Shown one piece after another: positions 17,601 through 32,500 of a DNA stretch of 64,000 nt. The position numbers and the translations under genes were made by a program. This DNA is from the human T2T-CHM13v2.0 reference genome, Homo sapiens. How positions within the stretch are numbered: position 1 is the stretch's first letter; each line of letters opens with the position of its first letter. The notes under the pieces are model-generated. The model was not told the origin of the DNA, did no database searches, and saw only the letters and a list, made by a program, of their open reading frames with translations. The stretch lies in the NCBI RefSeq assembly GCF_009914755.1, contig NC_060929.1; one strand, 5' to 3'.

Positions 17601-20495
17601 GTGTGAGATGTCTGCACACATAAAAAAAAAGTTTGTCAGAATGCTTCTCTCTAGTTTTTATGTGAAGATATTTCCTTTTCCAACATAAGCCTCAAAGCGC
17701 TCCAGATATCCAAATGCAGATTCTACAAAAAGATAGTTTCAAAACTTCTCAATGAAAACAAATGTTGAACAATGTGAGATGAATGCACACATCAGAGAGA
17801 AGTTTGTCAGAATGCTTCTGCCTAGTTGTTATGTGAAGATATTTTCTTTTATACTGTCGGCCTCAAAGCACTCCAAATATCCACTTGCACTATCTACAAA
17901 AAGTGTGCTTTGAAACTGCTCATTAAAAAGAAAAGTTAAACTCTGTAAGTTGAAAGCACACATCACAAAGAAGTTTCTCAGAATGCTTCTGTGTAGTTTT
18001 AATGTGAAGATATTTCCTTTTCCACAATAGATCTCAAAGTGCTCCAAATATCCACTTGCAGATTCTACAAAAATAGTGTTTCCAAACTGCTCAATCAAAA
18101 GAAATGTTCAACTCTGTGAGATGAATGCACACATCACAAAGAAGATTCCCAGAATGCTTCTTTGTAGTTTTTATGTGAATATATTTCCTTTCCCACCATA
18201 GTCCTTAAGGGGCTTTAAATATCCACTTGTAGATTCTACAAAAAGAGAGTTTCAAAACTGGACAATCAAAATATAGGATCAACTCTGTGAGATGAATGCA
18301 CACATCAGAAAGAAGTTTCTCAGAATGCTTCTGTCTAGTTTTTAAGCGAAATTATTTCCTTTTCCAACATAGGCCTCAAAGTGCTCCAAATGTCCACTTG
18401 CAGATTCTACAAAAACAGTGTTTCAAACTCCTCAACGAAAACAAAGCTTTAACTCTGTGAGATGAATGCACCCATCAGAAAGAAGTTTGTCAGAATGCTT
18501 CTATCTAGTTTTCATGTGAAGATATTTCCATTTCCACCACAGGCTTCAAAGCGCTCCAAATATTCTCTTGCAGATTCTACAAAAAGAGAGATTCAAAACT
18601 GCTTAATCAAATGAAAGGTTCAACTCTTCTAGTTGAATGCACACATCAGAAAGGAGTTTTTCAGAAAGCTTCTGTGTACTTTTGATGTGAAGAAATTTCC
18701 TTTTCCACTAGAGGCCCCAAAGCACTCCAAATGTCCACTTGCAGATTCTACAAAAAGAGTGTTTCCAAACTGCACCATCAAAGGAAAGGTTGAACTCCGT
18801 GAGACGAATGCACACAACACCAGGAAGTTTCTCAGAATGCTTCTGTGTAGTTTTTATGTGAAGATATTTCCTTTCCAACCATAGGCCCTAAAGGGCTCCA
18901 AATATCCACTTGCAGATTCTACAAAAATAAGGTTTCCAAAATCCTCAATGAAAACAAAGGTTCAACTCTTTGAGATGAATGCACACATCCCAAAGAAGAT
19001 TCTCAGAATGCCTCTGTCTGGTTTTTACGTGAAGATATTTTCTTTTCCACCATAGGCCACAAAGTGCTCCAAATATCCACTTGCAGATTCTACAAAAAGA
19101 GTGTTTCAAAACTGCTCAATTAAAACAAAGGTTTAACTCTCTGAGATGAATGCACACATCAGAAGGAAGTTTGTCAGAATGCTTCTATCTAGTTTTTATG
19201 TGAAGATACTTCCTATTCCACCATAGGCTTCAAAGCACACCAAATAGCCACTCGCAGAATCTACAAATAGAGTGATTCAAAACTGCTCAATCAAAAGAAA
19301 GGTTCAACTCTGTGAGTTGAACTCACACATCAGAAAGCATTTTGTCAGAATGCTTCTGTCTAGCTTTTATGCGAAGATATTTCCTTTTCCATCATAGGCC
19401 TCAAAGCCCTCCAAATATCCACTTTCAGATCCTACAAAAAGAGTGTTTCCAAACTGCTCAATGAAAACCAAGGTTCAACTCTGTGAGATGAATGTGCACA
19501 TCACAAAGAAGTTTCTCATAATGATTCTGTCTAGTTTTTATGTGAAGATATTTTCTTTTCCACCATAGGCCTCAAAGTGCTCCAATTATCCACTCACAGA
19601 TTCTACAAAAGAGTGTTTCCAAACTGCTCAATCAAAAGAAAGTTTCAACTCTGTGAGATGAATGCACACATCACAAAGAAGTTTCTCAGTATGCTTCTGT
19701 GTAGTTTTTATGTGAATATATTTCCTTTCCCACCATAGGCCGTAAAGGGTTCTAAATATACACTTGCAGAATCTACAATAAGAGAGTTTCAACACTACTC
19801 AATCAAAACAGCTTCAACTCTGTGAGTGGAAAGCACACATCACAAGAAGTATGTCAGAATGCTTCTGCCTAGTTTTTACATGAAGATATTTCCTTTTCTA
19901 CCAAAGGCCTCAACGTGCTCCAAATATCCACTTACAGATTCTACAAAAACAGTGTTTCAAAACTGCTCAATGAAAACAAAGGTTCAAGTCTGTGAGTTGA
20001 ATGCACACATCAGAAAGAAGTTTGTCAGAATGCTTCTGTCTAGTTTTTATGTGAAGATATTTCCACTTCCACCATAGGCCTCAAAGCGCTCCAAATATCC
20101 ACTTGCAGAATCTACAAAAAGAGTGATTCAAAACTGCTCAATCAAAAGAAAGTTTCAACTCTGTGAGTTTAATGCAAACTTCACAAAGAAGTTTCTCAGA
20201 ATGCTTCTGTGTAGTTTTTATGTGAAGATATTTCCTTTTCCATCATAGGACACAAAGCGCTCCAAATATCCACTTGCAGATTCTACAAAAAGAGTGTTCC
20301 AAAACTGCTAATTCAAAAGAAAGTTTCAATTCTGTGAAACGAATGCACACATCACACAGAAGGTTATCAGAATCCTTCCATGTTGTTTTTATTTGAAGAT
20401 ATTTAATTTTCCACCATAGGCCAAAAATGGCTCCAAATAACCACATGCAGATTACACAAAATGTTAGATTCCTAACTGCTCAATCAAAATATAGG
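14687..20495 (-). repeat. Monomeric alpha satellite, block 2 (layer 1)
   Basis: Same monomer type and orientation as block 1. Confidence 0.99.
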
Positions 20496-20501
20496 GATTT
20501 T

Positions 20502-21530
20502 GGAGCCAAGATGGCTGAATAGCAACAGCTCCAGTCTACAGCTCCCAGCATGACTGACACAGAAGACAGGTGATTTCTGCATTTCCATCTGAAATACTGG
20601 GTTCATCTCACTAGGGAGTGCCAGACAGTGGGTGCAGATCAGTGGGTGCATGCACCAAGTGTGAGTCAAAGCAGTGCAAGGCATTGCCTCACACAGGAAG
20701 TGCAAGGGGTCAGGGAGTTCTCTTTCTTAGTCAAAGAAAGGAGTGACAGATGGCACCTGGAAAATTGGGTCATGCCCACCTGAATACTGCACTTTTGCCA
20801 CGGGCTTAAAAAATGGCACACCAGGAGATTATATCCTACACATGGCTCAGAGGGTCCTGTGCCCATGGAGTCTCACAGATTGCTAGCACAGCAGTCTGAG
20901 ATCTAACTGCAAGGTGGCAACGAGGCTGGGGGAGGGGCACCCACCATTGCCCAGGCTTGCTTAGGTAAACAAAGCAGCTGGGAAGCTCGAACTAGGTGAA
21001 GCCCACCACAGCTCAAGGAGTCCTGCCTGCCTCTGTAGGCTCCACTTCTGGGTGCATGGCACAGAAAAACAAAAAGACAGTAGTAACCTCTGCAGACTTA
21101 AATGCCCCAGTCTGACAGCTTTGAAGAGAGCAGTGTTTCTCCCAGCACAGACCTGGAGATCTGAGAACGAGCAGACTGCCTCCTCAAGTGGGTCCGTGAC
21201 CCCTGAAAACCAAGCAGCCTAATTGGGAGGCAACCCCCTGTAGGGGCAGACTGACACCTCACACGGCCGGGTACTCCTCTGAGACAAAACTTCCAGAGGA
21301 ACAATCAGATGGCAGCATTCGTGGTTCAAGAAAAACCACTGTTCTGCAGACACCGCTGCTGATACCCAGGCAAACAGGGTCTGGAGTGGACGTCTAGCAA
21401 ACTCCAACAGACCTGCAGCTGAGGGTCCAGTCTGTTAGAATGAAAACTAACAAACACAAAGGACATCCACACAAAAAATCCCTCTGTACATAACCATCAT
21501 CAAAGACCAAAAGAAGATAAAACCACGAAG
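20502..21530 (+). promoter_or_regulatory. L1 5'UTR internal promoter relic (YY1 core caagatggc at 20507-20515; retains the ~129-bp ZNF93-bound segment at ~21278-21405)
   Basis: Matches the known L1PA 5'UTR. The segment between the two 'actcc' repeats (21273 and 21401) is present. CpGs are heavily decayed. Confidence 0.85.
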
Positions 21531-22545
21531 ATGGGGAAAAAACAGAGCAGAACAACTGGAAACTCTAAAAAGTGGAGTGCCTCTCCTCCTAAAAAGGAGC
21601 ACAGATCCTCACCAGCAAAAGAACAAAGCTGGATGGAGAATGACTTTGATGAGTTGAGAGAAGAAGGCTTCAGACAATCAAACTACTCCGAGCTGCAGGA
21701 GGAAATTCAAACCAAAGGCAAAGAAGTTGAAAACTTTGAAAAACATGAGATGAATGTATAACTAGAATAACCAATACACAGAAGTGCTTAAAGGAGCTGA
21801 TGGAGCAGAAAGCCAAGGCTTGAGATCTATGTGAAGAATGAAGAAGCCTCAGGAGCTGATGCGATCAACTGGAAGAAAGGGTATCAGTGATTGAAGATGA
21901 AATAAATGAAATGAAGTGAGAAGGAAAGTTTAGAGAAAAAAGAATAAAAAGAAACGAATAAAGCCTCCAAGAAATATGGGACTATGAGAGAAGACCAAAT
22001 CTACGTCTGATTGGTGTACCTGAAAGTGATGGGCAGAATGGAACCGAGCTGGAAAACACTCTGCAGGATATTATCCAGGAGAACTTCCCCAATCTAGCAA
22101 GGCAGGACAACATTCAGATTCAGGAAATACAGAGAATGCCACAAAGATGCTCCTCGAGAAGAGCAACTCCAAGAAACGTAATTGTCAGATTTACCAAAGT
22201 TGAAAAGAAGGAAAAAATGTTAAGGCAGCCAGAGAGAAAGATCAGGTTACCCACAAAGGGAAGCCCATCAGACTAACAGCAGATCTCTTGGCAGAAACTC
22301 TACAAGCCAGAAGAGAGTGGAGGCTAATATTCAACATTCTTAAAGAAAAGAATTTTCAAGCCAGAATTTCATATCCAGCCAAAGTAAGCTTCATAAGTGA
22401 AGGAGAAATAAAATACTTTACAGACAAGCAAATGCTGAGAGATTTTGTCACCACCAGGACTGCCCTAAAAGAGCTCCTGAAGGAAGCACTAAACATGGAA
22501 AGGAACAAACGGTACCAGCCGCTGCTAAATCATGCCAAAATGTAA
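21531..22545 (+). pseudogene. L1 ORF1p pseudogene (frameshifts and stops)
   Basis: MGKKQSRTTGNSKKWSASPP...ENDFDELREEGFR and ...FVTTRTALKELLKEALNMERNKRYQPLLNHAKM occur as separate ORF fragments. Confidence 0.95.
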
Positions 22546-22608
22546 AGACCATGGAGACTAGGAAGAAACTACATCAACTAACAAGCAAAATAACCAGCTA
22601 ACATCATA

Positions 22609-23554
<946 letters not shown>

Positions 23555-23571
23555 ACTTCTGAGAAGCATTC

Positions 23572-26500
23572 AAGAAGTTTCTGAGAATGCTTCTGTGTAG
23601 TTTTTAAGTGAAGATATATCCCTTTCCACTATAGGCCTCAAATCCCTCCAAATATCCATTTGCAGATAGTACAAAAAAAGTGATTCCAAACTGCTTAATA
23701 AAATAAGGTTGAACTCTGTCAGATGAATGGACACATCACAAAGAAATTTCTCAGAATTCTTCTGTCTAGTTTTTAGGTGAAGATATTTCCTTTTCAGCTA
23801 TAGGACAGAAAACGCTACAAATATCCATTTGCAGATACTACAAAAAGAGTGTTTCCAAGGAGCTTAATAAAAAGAAAGTTCAACCCTGTGAGTTTTATGC
23901 ACACATCACAAAAAATTTTCTGAGAATGCTTCTGTCCAGTTTTTGTGTGAAAATATTTCCTTTTCCACCATAGGAGAGAAAGTGCTCCAAAAATCCACTT
24001 GCAGACCCTACAAAAAGAGTGTTTCAAAACTTCTCAATCAACAGAAAGGTTCAACTCTGTGAGATGAATGTACACATGACAAAGAAGTTTCTCAGAATGC
24101 TTCTGTCCAGGTTTTATGTGAAGATATTTATTTTTCAACTATAGGCCCCAAAGCACTCCAAATATCCATTTGCAGATACTACAAAAAGAGGGTTTCCAAA
24201 CTGCTCACTCAAAAGAAACGTTCAGATCTGTGAGTTGAATGCACACATCACAAAGAAGTTTCTGAGAATGCTTCTGTCTAGTTTTTGTGTGAAGATATTT
24301 CCTCTTCAACTGTAGGCAATGAAGTGCTCCAAATATCCATTTGCAGATACTAGAAAAAGAGTGTTTCCAAACTGCTCAATCAAAAGAAAGTTTCAACTCT
24401 CAGAGTTGAATGTACGCATCACAAATAAGTTCTGGAGAATGCTTCTGTCTAGTTTTTATGTGAAGATATTTCCTTTTCCACCATAGGCACCAAAGCGCTC
24501 CAAATATCCACTTGCAGATTCTACAAAAGAGAGTTTCAAAACTGCTCAATCAAAAGAAAGCTTCAATTCTGTGAGATGAATGTACACATCACAAAGAAGT
24601 TTCTCACAATGCTTCTGTCTAGTTTTGATGTGAAGATATTTCCTTTTAAGTTATTGGCTCAAAGCGCTCAAAAAATCCGTTTGCAGATATAAAAAAAAGA
24701 GTGTTTCCAAACTGCTCAATAAAAGAAAGGTACAACTTTATTAGTTGAATGCACACAACACAAAGCATTTTCTGAGAATGCTTCTGTCTAGTTTTTATGT
24801 GAGGATGTTTCCTTTTGTACCATAGGCTTCAATGCACTCCAAATATCCACTTGCAGATTCTACCATAAGAATGTTTCAGCACTGCTCAATCAAAAGAAAG
24901 GTTCAACTCTGTGAGACGAACGCACACCTCACAAAGAAGTTTCTCAGAATGCTTCTCTCTATTTTTTATGTGAAGATATTTCCTTTTCACCAATAGGCCA
25001 CAAAGCACTTCAAATATCCATTTGTAGATACTACAAAAAGAGTGTTCCCTAACTGACCAATCAAAAGAAAGGTTGAACTCTGTGAGTTGAATTCACACAT
25101 CAAAGTGAAGGTTCTCAGAATTCATCTTTCTAGTTTTTATGTGAAGATATTTTCTTTTCATCTACAGGCCTCAAAACACTCCAACTATACATTAGCAGAT
25201 ACTACAAAAAGATTGTTTCAAAACAGCTCAATCAAAAGAAAGGTTCAACTCTGAGAGATGAATGCACACATCACAAAGAAGTTTCTGAGAATGCCTCTGT
25301 CTACTGTTTAGGTGAAGATATTTCCTTTTCCACCATAGGCCTCAAAGCGCCCCCAATATCCATTGCAGATTCTACAAAAAGAGTGTTTCAAAATTGCTCA
25401 ATCAAAAGGAAGTTTCAACTCAGTGTGATGAATGCACACATCACAATGAAGTTTCTCAAAATGTTTCTGTCTAGTGTTTACGTGAACATATTTCCTTTTC
25501 AGCTATAGGACTCAAAGCGCTCCAAATATCCATCTGCAGATACTACAAAAAGAATGTTTCCAAACTCCTCAATGAATAGAAAGGTTCAACTTTGTGAGTT
25601 GAATGCACACATCTCAAAGAAGTTTCTGAGAATGCTTCTGTCTCGTTTTCATATGAAGATATTTCCTGTCCACCATAGGCCTCAAAAGAATGTTTGAACC
25701 CTGTGAGTTGAATGCAGACATCACAAAGAAGCTTCTGAGAATGCTTTTTTCTATTTTTTATGTGAAGATATTTCCTTTTCCACCATAGGCCACAAAGCGC
25801 TGCAAATATCCACTTGCAGACTCTACAAAAAGAGTGTTTCAATACTGCTCAAGCAAAAGAAAGGTTCAACTCTGTGAGATGAATGCCCACGTCACTAAGT
25901 AGTGTCTGAGAATGCTTCTGTCTAGTTATTATGTGAAGATATTTCCTTTACAGCTATAGGCCTCAAAGTGCTCCAAATATCCAGTTGCAGATACAACAAA
26001 AAGAATGTTTGAAAACTGCTCAATCAAAAGAAAGGTTCAACTCTTTGCAATGAATGCACACGTCACAAAGAAGTTTCTCAGAATGCTTCTGTCTAATTTT
26101 TATGTGAAGATACTTCCTTTTCAACTGTAGGCTTCAAAGTGCTCCAAATATCCATTTGCAGATACTGCAAAAATAGTGTTTCCAAACTGCTCAACCAAAA
26201 GAAAGGTTCAAATCTGTGAGTTGAATGCACACATCACAAAGGAGATTCTGAGAATGCTTCTGTCTAGTTTTTGTGTGAAGATATTTCCTTTTCCACCATA
26301 GCTGTCAAAGTGCTCCAAATGTCCATTTGCAGATACTGCAGAAACAGTGTTTTCAAACTGCTCAATCAAAAGAAAGGTTCAACTCTGTGAGATAAATGCA
26401 CACATCAAAAAGAAGTTTCTGAGAATGGTTCTGTCAAGTTTTTCTGTGAAGATTTTTCATTTTCACCTATAGGCCTCGAAGCGCTCCAAATATCCATTTG

Positions 26501-29500
26501 CAGGTACGACAAAAAGGTTGTTTCAAAACTGCTCAATCTAAAGAAAGATTCAACTCTGTGAGTTGAATGCACACATCACACGGAAGTTTCTGAGAATGCG
26601 TCTGTCTCATTTTTATGTGAACATATTTCCTTTTCCACCATAGGCCTCAAAGCACTCCAGATATCCACTTGCAGATTCTACAAAATGGGTTTCAAAACTG
26701 TTCAATCAAAAGAGAGGTTCAACTCCGTCAGATGAATGCACACATCACAAAAGAGTTTCTCAGAATGTTTCTGTCTAGTATTTATGTGAAGATATTTCCT
26801 TTTCAACTATTTATCTCAATGCTCTCCAAATATCCAACTGCAGATACAACAAACAGATGGTTTCCAAACTGCACAAACAAAAGAAAATTTCAACTCTGTG
26901 TGTTGAATGCAAATATCACAAAGTAGTTTCTGACACTACTTCTGTCTAGTTTTTAAGTGAAGATATTTTCATTTCCACCATAGGCCTCAAAGTGCACCAA
27001 ATATCCACTTGCAGATTCCACAAAAAGAGTGGTACAAAACTGCTCAAACAAAAGAAACGTTCAACACTGTTAGATGAATGCATGTATCACAAAGAATTTT
27101 CTCAGAATGCTTCTGTCTAGTTTTAATGTGAAGTATTTCCTTTTCAACTATAGGCCTCAAAGCGCTCCAAATATCGATTTGCAGACACCACAAAAAGAGT
27201 TTTTCCAAACTGCTCAATCAATAGAAAGCTTCAACTCTGTGAGTTGAGTGCACACATCACAAAGAAGTTTCTCAGAATGCTTCTGTCTTGCTTTTATGTG
27301 AAGATATTTCCTTTTCCACAACAGGCCTCAAAGAACTCCAAATATCCACTCACAGATTCTACAAAGAGTGTTTCAATTCAGCTCAATCAAAAGAAAGTTT
27401 CACCACTGTGAGATGAATGCACACATCCCAAAGAAGTTTCTCAGAATGCTTCTGTCTAGTTCTTATGTGAAGGTATTTCCTTTTCAGCTATAGGCCTCAA
27501 AGCGCTCCAAATATCCATTTGAAGATACTACAAAAAGAGTTTTTCTAAACTGTTCAATAAAAAGAAAGTTTCAACTCTGTGAGTTGTATGCACACATCAC
27601 AAAGAAGTTTCTGAGAATCTTTCTGTCTAGTTTTTATGTGATGATATTTCCTTTTCCACCATAGACCTCAAAGCGCTCCAAATATCCACTTGTATATTAT
27701 ACAAAAAAAGTGTTTCAAAACTGCTCATTCAAAAGAAAGGTTCAACTGTGTGAGATGAATGCACACATCACAAAGCAGTTTCTCAGAATGCTGCTGTCTA
27801 GTTTTTATTTGAAGATATTTCCTCTTCAACTATAGCCACTAAGCACTCCAAATATCCATTTGCAGATACTACAAAAAGAGTGTTTCCAAACTGTTCAATC
27901 AAAAGAAAAGTTCATCTATGTGAGCTGAATGCACATATCACAAAGAAGTTTCTGAGAATGCTTCTGTATAGTTTTTATCTCACGATATTTCCGTTTCCAC
28001 CATAAGTCTCAGAGCGCACCAAATATCCACTTGCAGATTCTACAAAAAGAGTGTTTCAAAACTGCTCAATGAAAAAAAAAAAAGGTTCAACACTGTGAGA
28101 TGAATGCATGCATCAGAAAGAAGTTTGTCAGAATACCTCTCTCCATTTTTTATGTGAAGATATATCCTTTTCCACAATAGGCCTCAGTGCGCTCCAAATA
28201 TCCACTTGCAAATTCTACAAAAAGAGTGTTTCAAAACTGCTCAATCAAAAGAAAGTTTCAGCTCCGTGAGATGAATGCACACGTCACAAGGTGTTTCTCA
28301 GAATGCTTCTGTCTAGTTTTGATGGGAAGATATTTCTTTTTCAACCATAGGCTTCAAAACGCTCCAAATATCCACTTGCAGATTCTACAGAAAGAGTGTT
28401 TCCAAAGTGCAAAATCAAAAGAAATGTTCAACTCTGTGAGTTGAATGCACACATCACAAACTAGTTTCTGAGAGGGCTTCTGTCTAGTTTTTATGTGAAG
28501 ATATTTTTTTCCACCATATGCCTCGAAGTCCTCCAAATGTCCATTTGCAGAAACTACAAAAAGAGTGTTTCCAAACTGCTCAATCAAAAGAAAGGTTCAA
28601 CTCTGTGAGATGAATGCACACATGACAAAGTAGTTTCTGAGAATGCTTCAGTGTAGTTTTTATGTGAAGATATTTCATTTTATACAATAGGCCTCACAGC
28701 GCTCCAGATATCCACCTGCAGGTTCTACAAAAAGTGTGTTTCAAAACTGCTCAATCAAAAGAAATTTCAAATCTGTGAGACGAATGCACACATCACAAAG
28801 AAGTTTCTGAGAATTCTTCTGTCTACTTTTATGTGAGTGTATTTCCTTTTCCACCGTAAGCCCCAAAGCATTCCAAATATCCACTTGCAGATATTACCAA
28901 AGAGGGTTTCAAAACTGCTCAATCAAAAGAAAGGATAAACTCTGTGAGATGAATGCCTACATCACAAAATATTCTGAGAATGCTTCTCTCTTGTTTTTAT
29001 ACGAAGATATTTCCTTTTCAGCTATAGGCCTTAAAGCGCTGCAAATATCCATTTGCAGAAACTACATAAAGAGTGTTCTCTAACCGCTCAATCAAAGCAA
29101 AGGTTCAACACGGTAAGTTGAATGCGCACATCACAAAGAAGTTTCTGAGAATGCTTCTGTCTAGTTTTTCTGTGAAGACGTTTCCTTTTCCACTATGGGC
29201 CTCAAAGCACTCTAAATATTCACTTGCACTTTCTACAAAAAGAGTGTTTCAAAACTGCTCAATCAAAAGAAAGTTTCGACACTGTGAGATGAATGCACAC
29301 ATCACAGAGAAGTATCTGAGAATGCTTCTGTCTACTTTTTATGTGAAGATATTTCCTTTTCCACCATAGGCCTCAAAGTGATCCAAATATCCACTTGCAG
29401 ATTCTGCAAAGAGTATACAAACTTCTCAATCAAAAGTAAGGTTTAACTGTGGAAGTTGAATGCACACATCACAAAGAAGTTTCTGAGAATGATTCTGTCT

Positions 29501-32500
29501 GGTTTTTATGTGAAGATATTTCCTTTTTCACAATAGGCCTCAAAGCTCTCCAAATATCCACTTGCAGATTCTACAAAAAGAGTGTTTCCAAACTCCTCAA
29601 TCAAAAGAAAGGTTCAACTCTGAGAGATGAATGCACACATCACAAAGAAGTTTCTCAGAATGTTTCTGTCTAGTTTTAATGTGAAGATATTTTCTTTACA
29701 ACTATAGGCCTCAGAGCACTCCAAATATTCACTTGCATATTCTATATAAAGAGGGTTTCCAAACAGCTCAATCAAAAAAAAGATTCAACTCTGTGAGTTG
29801 AATGCTCACATCACAAAGACGTTTCTGAGAATGCTTCTGTCTAGTTTCTTTGTGAAGGTATTTCCTTTTCCACCATATGCCTCAAAGCACTCCAAATATC
29901 CACTTGCAGATTCTACAAAAAGAGTGCTTCAAAACTGCTCAATCAAAAGGAAGGTTCGACTCTGTGAGATGAATGCACACATCACAAAGAGGTTTCTCTG
30001 AATGCTTCTGTCTAGTTTTTATGTGAAGATATTTTCTTTTCATCTATAGGCTTCAAGGGCTCCAAATATTCATTTGCAGATACTACATAAAGAGTGTTTC
30101 CAAACTGCTCAATCAAAAGAAATGTTCAACTCTGTGAGTTGAATGCGCATATCAAAAGAAGTTTCTGAGAATGCTTCTATCTAGTTTTCATGTGAAGATA
30201 CTTCCTTTTCCACCATAGGCCTCAAAGGGCTCCAAATATCCATTTGCAGATTCTACAAAAAGAAGGTTTCCAAATGGCTCAATCAAAAGAAAAGTTCAAT
30301 TCTGTGAGATGAATACACACATCACAAAGAAGTTTCTCAGAATGCTTTTGTCTAGTTTTTATGTGAAGATATTTCCTTTTCAGCTATAGGAATCAAAGTG
30401 CTCCAAATATCCACTTGCAGATACCACAAAAAAAGTGTTTACAAACTGCTCAATAAAAAGAAAGGTTCAGCTCTGTTACTTGAATGCACACATCAAAAAG
30501 AAGTTTCTCAGAATGCTGCTGTCTAGTTTTTATATGAATATATTTCCTTTTCAGCTATTGGTATCAAAGCACTCCAAATATCCATTTGCAGATACTACAA
30601 AAAGAGTGTTTCCAAACTGCTCAATCAAAAGAAAGGTTCAATTCTGTGAGTTGAATGCACACATCACAAAGAAGTTTCTGAGAATAGTTCTGTCTAGATT
30701 TTATGTGAAGATATTTCCTTTTCAGCTATAGGCCACAAAGCGCTCCAAATATCCATTTACAGATACTACAAAAATAGTGTTTCCAAACCGCTCAATCAAA
30801 AGAAAGACATAACTCTGTGAGATGAATGCACACGTCACAAAGAAGTTTCTGAGAATGCTTCTGTCTAGTTTTTACATGAAGATATTTTCTTTTCTACCTT
30901 AGGCTTCAAAGCACTCCAAATATCCACTTTCAGCTTCTACATAAAGAGTGTCTCCAAACTGCTCAATCAAAAAAAACTGTTCAACTCTGTGAGTTGAATG
31001 CACACATCACAAAGAAGTTTCTGAGAATGCTTCTGTCTAGTTTTTTATGTGAAGGTATTTCGTTTTCCACCATAGGCCTCAAAGAGCTCCAAATATCCAC
31101 TTTCAGATACTACAAAAAGAGTGTCTCAAAACTGCTCAATCAAAAGAAAGATTCAACTCTGTGAATTGAATGCACACATCACAAAGAAGTTTCTCTGAAT
31201 GCTTCTGTCTAGTTTTTATGTGAAGATATTTCCTTTTCATCTATAGACCTCGAGGGCTCCAAATATTCATTTGCAGATACTACTACATAAAGAGAGTTTC
31301 CCAACTGCTCAATCAAAAGAAAGGTTCAACTCTGTGAGTTGTATGCACACATCAAAAGAAATTTCTGAGAATTCTTCTCGCTAGTTTTCATGTGAAGATA
31401 TTTTCTTTTCCACCATAGGCCCCAAAGTGCTCCAAATATCCACTTGCAGGTTCTACAAAAAGAGTGTTTCCAAAATGGTCAATCAAAAAAAAAACTTCAA
31501 TTCTGTGAGATGAATATACACATCACAAATAAGTTTCTCAGAAGGCTTCTGTCTAGTTTTTATGTGAAGATATTTCCTTTTCAGCTATAAGAATCAAAGC
31601 GTTCCAAATATCCATTTGCAGATAGTACAAAAAGAGTGTTTCCAAACTGCTCAATCAAAAGAAAGGTTCAACTCGGTTAGTTGAATGCACACATCACAAA
31701 GAAGTTTCTGAGAATGCTTCTGTCTAGTTTTTATGTAAAGATACTCATAGCACTCCAAATATCCACTTGCAGATTCTACAAAAAGAGTGTTTCAAAACCG
31801 CTCATTCAAAAGAAAGATTCAACTCTGTGAGATGCATGCACACTTCACAAAGAAGCTTCTCAGAAGGCTTCTCTCTTGTTTTTATGTGAAGATATTCCCT
31901 TTTCAGCTATAGACCTCAAAGTGCTCCAAAAATTCATTTGCAGATACTACATAAAGATTGTTTCCTAACTGCTCAATGAATAGAAATGTTCAACTTTGTG
32001 AGTTGAATGCACACACCACAAAGAAGTTTCTGAGAATGTATCTGTCTAGTTTTTATGTGAATATGTTTCCTTTTCCACCATAGGCTTCAAAGCACTCCAA
32101 ATATAAACTTGCAGATTCTATAAAAAGAGTGTCTCAAAACTGCTCAAACAAAGGAACGGTTCAACTCTGTGAGATGAATGCACACATCACAGATAGTTTC
32201 ACAGAATGCTTCTGTCTAGTTTTTATATGTGAAGATATTTGCTTTTCAGCTATAGGAATCAAATTGCTCCAAATATCCATTTGCAGATACTACAAAAACT
32301 GTGTTCCTGAACTGCTCAATCAAAAGAAAGATTCAACTCTCTGAGTTGAATGCTCACTTCACAAAGAAGTTTCTCGGAATGTTTCTGTCTAGTTTTTATA
32401 TGAAGATATTTCCTTTTCTGCTATAGGCCTAAAAACGCTCCATATATCAATTTGCAGATACTACAAAAAGTCTGTTTCCATACTGCTCAATCGAAAGAAA

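Noticed and set aside
27985-28010. Possible CENP-B box (ttccgtttccaccataag)
   Set aside because: It lacks the required cccg and cgaa cores and is a point variant of the A-type box.
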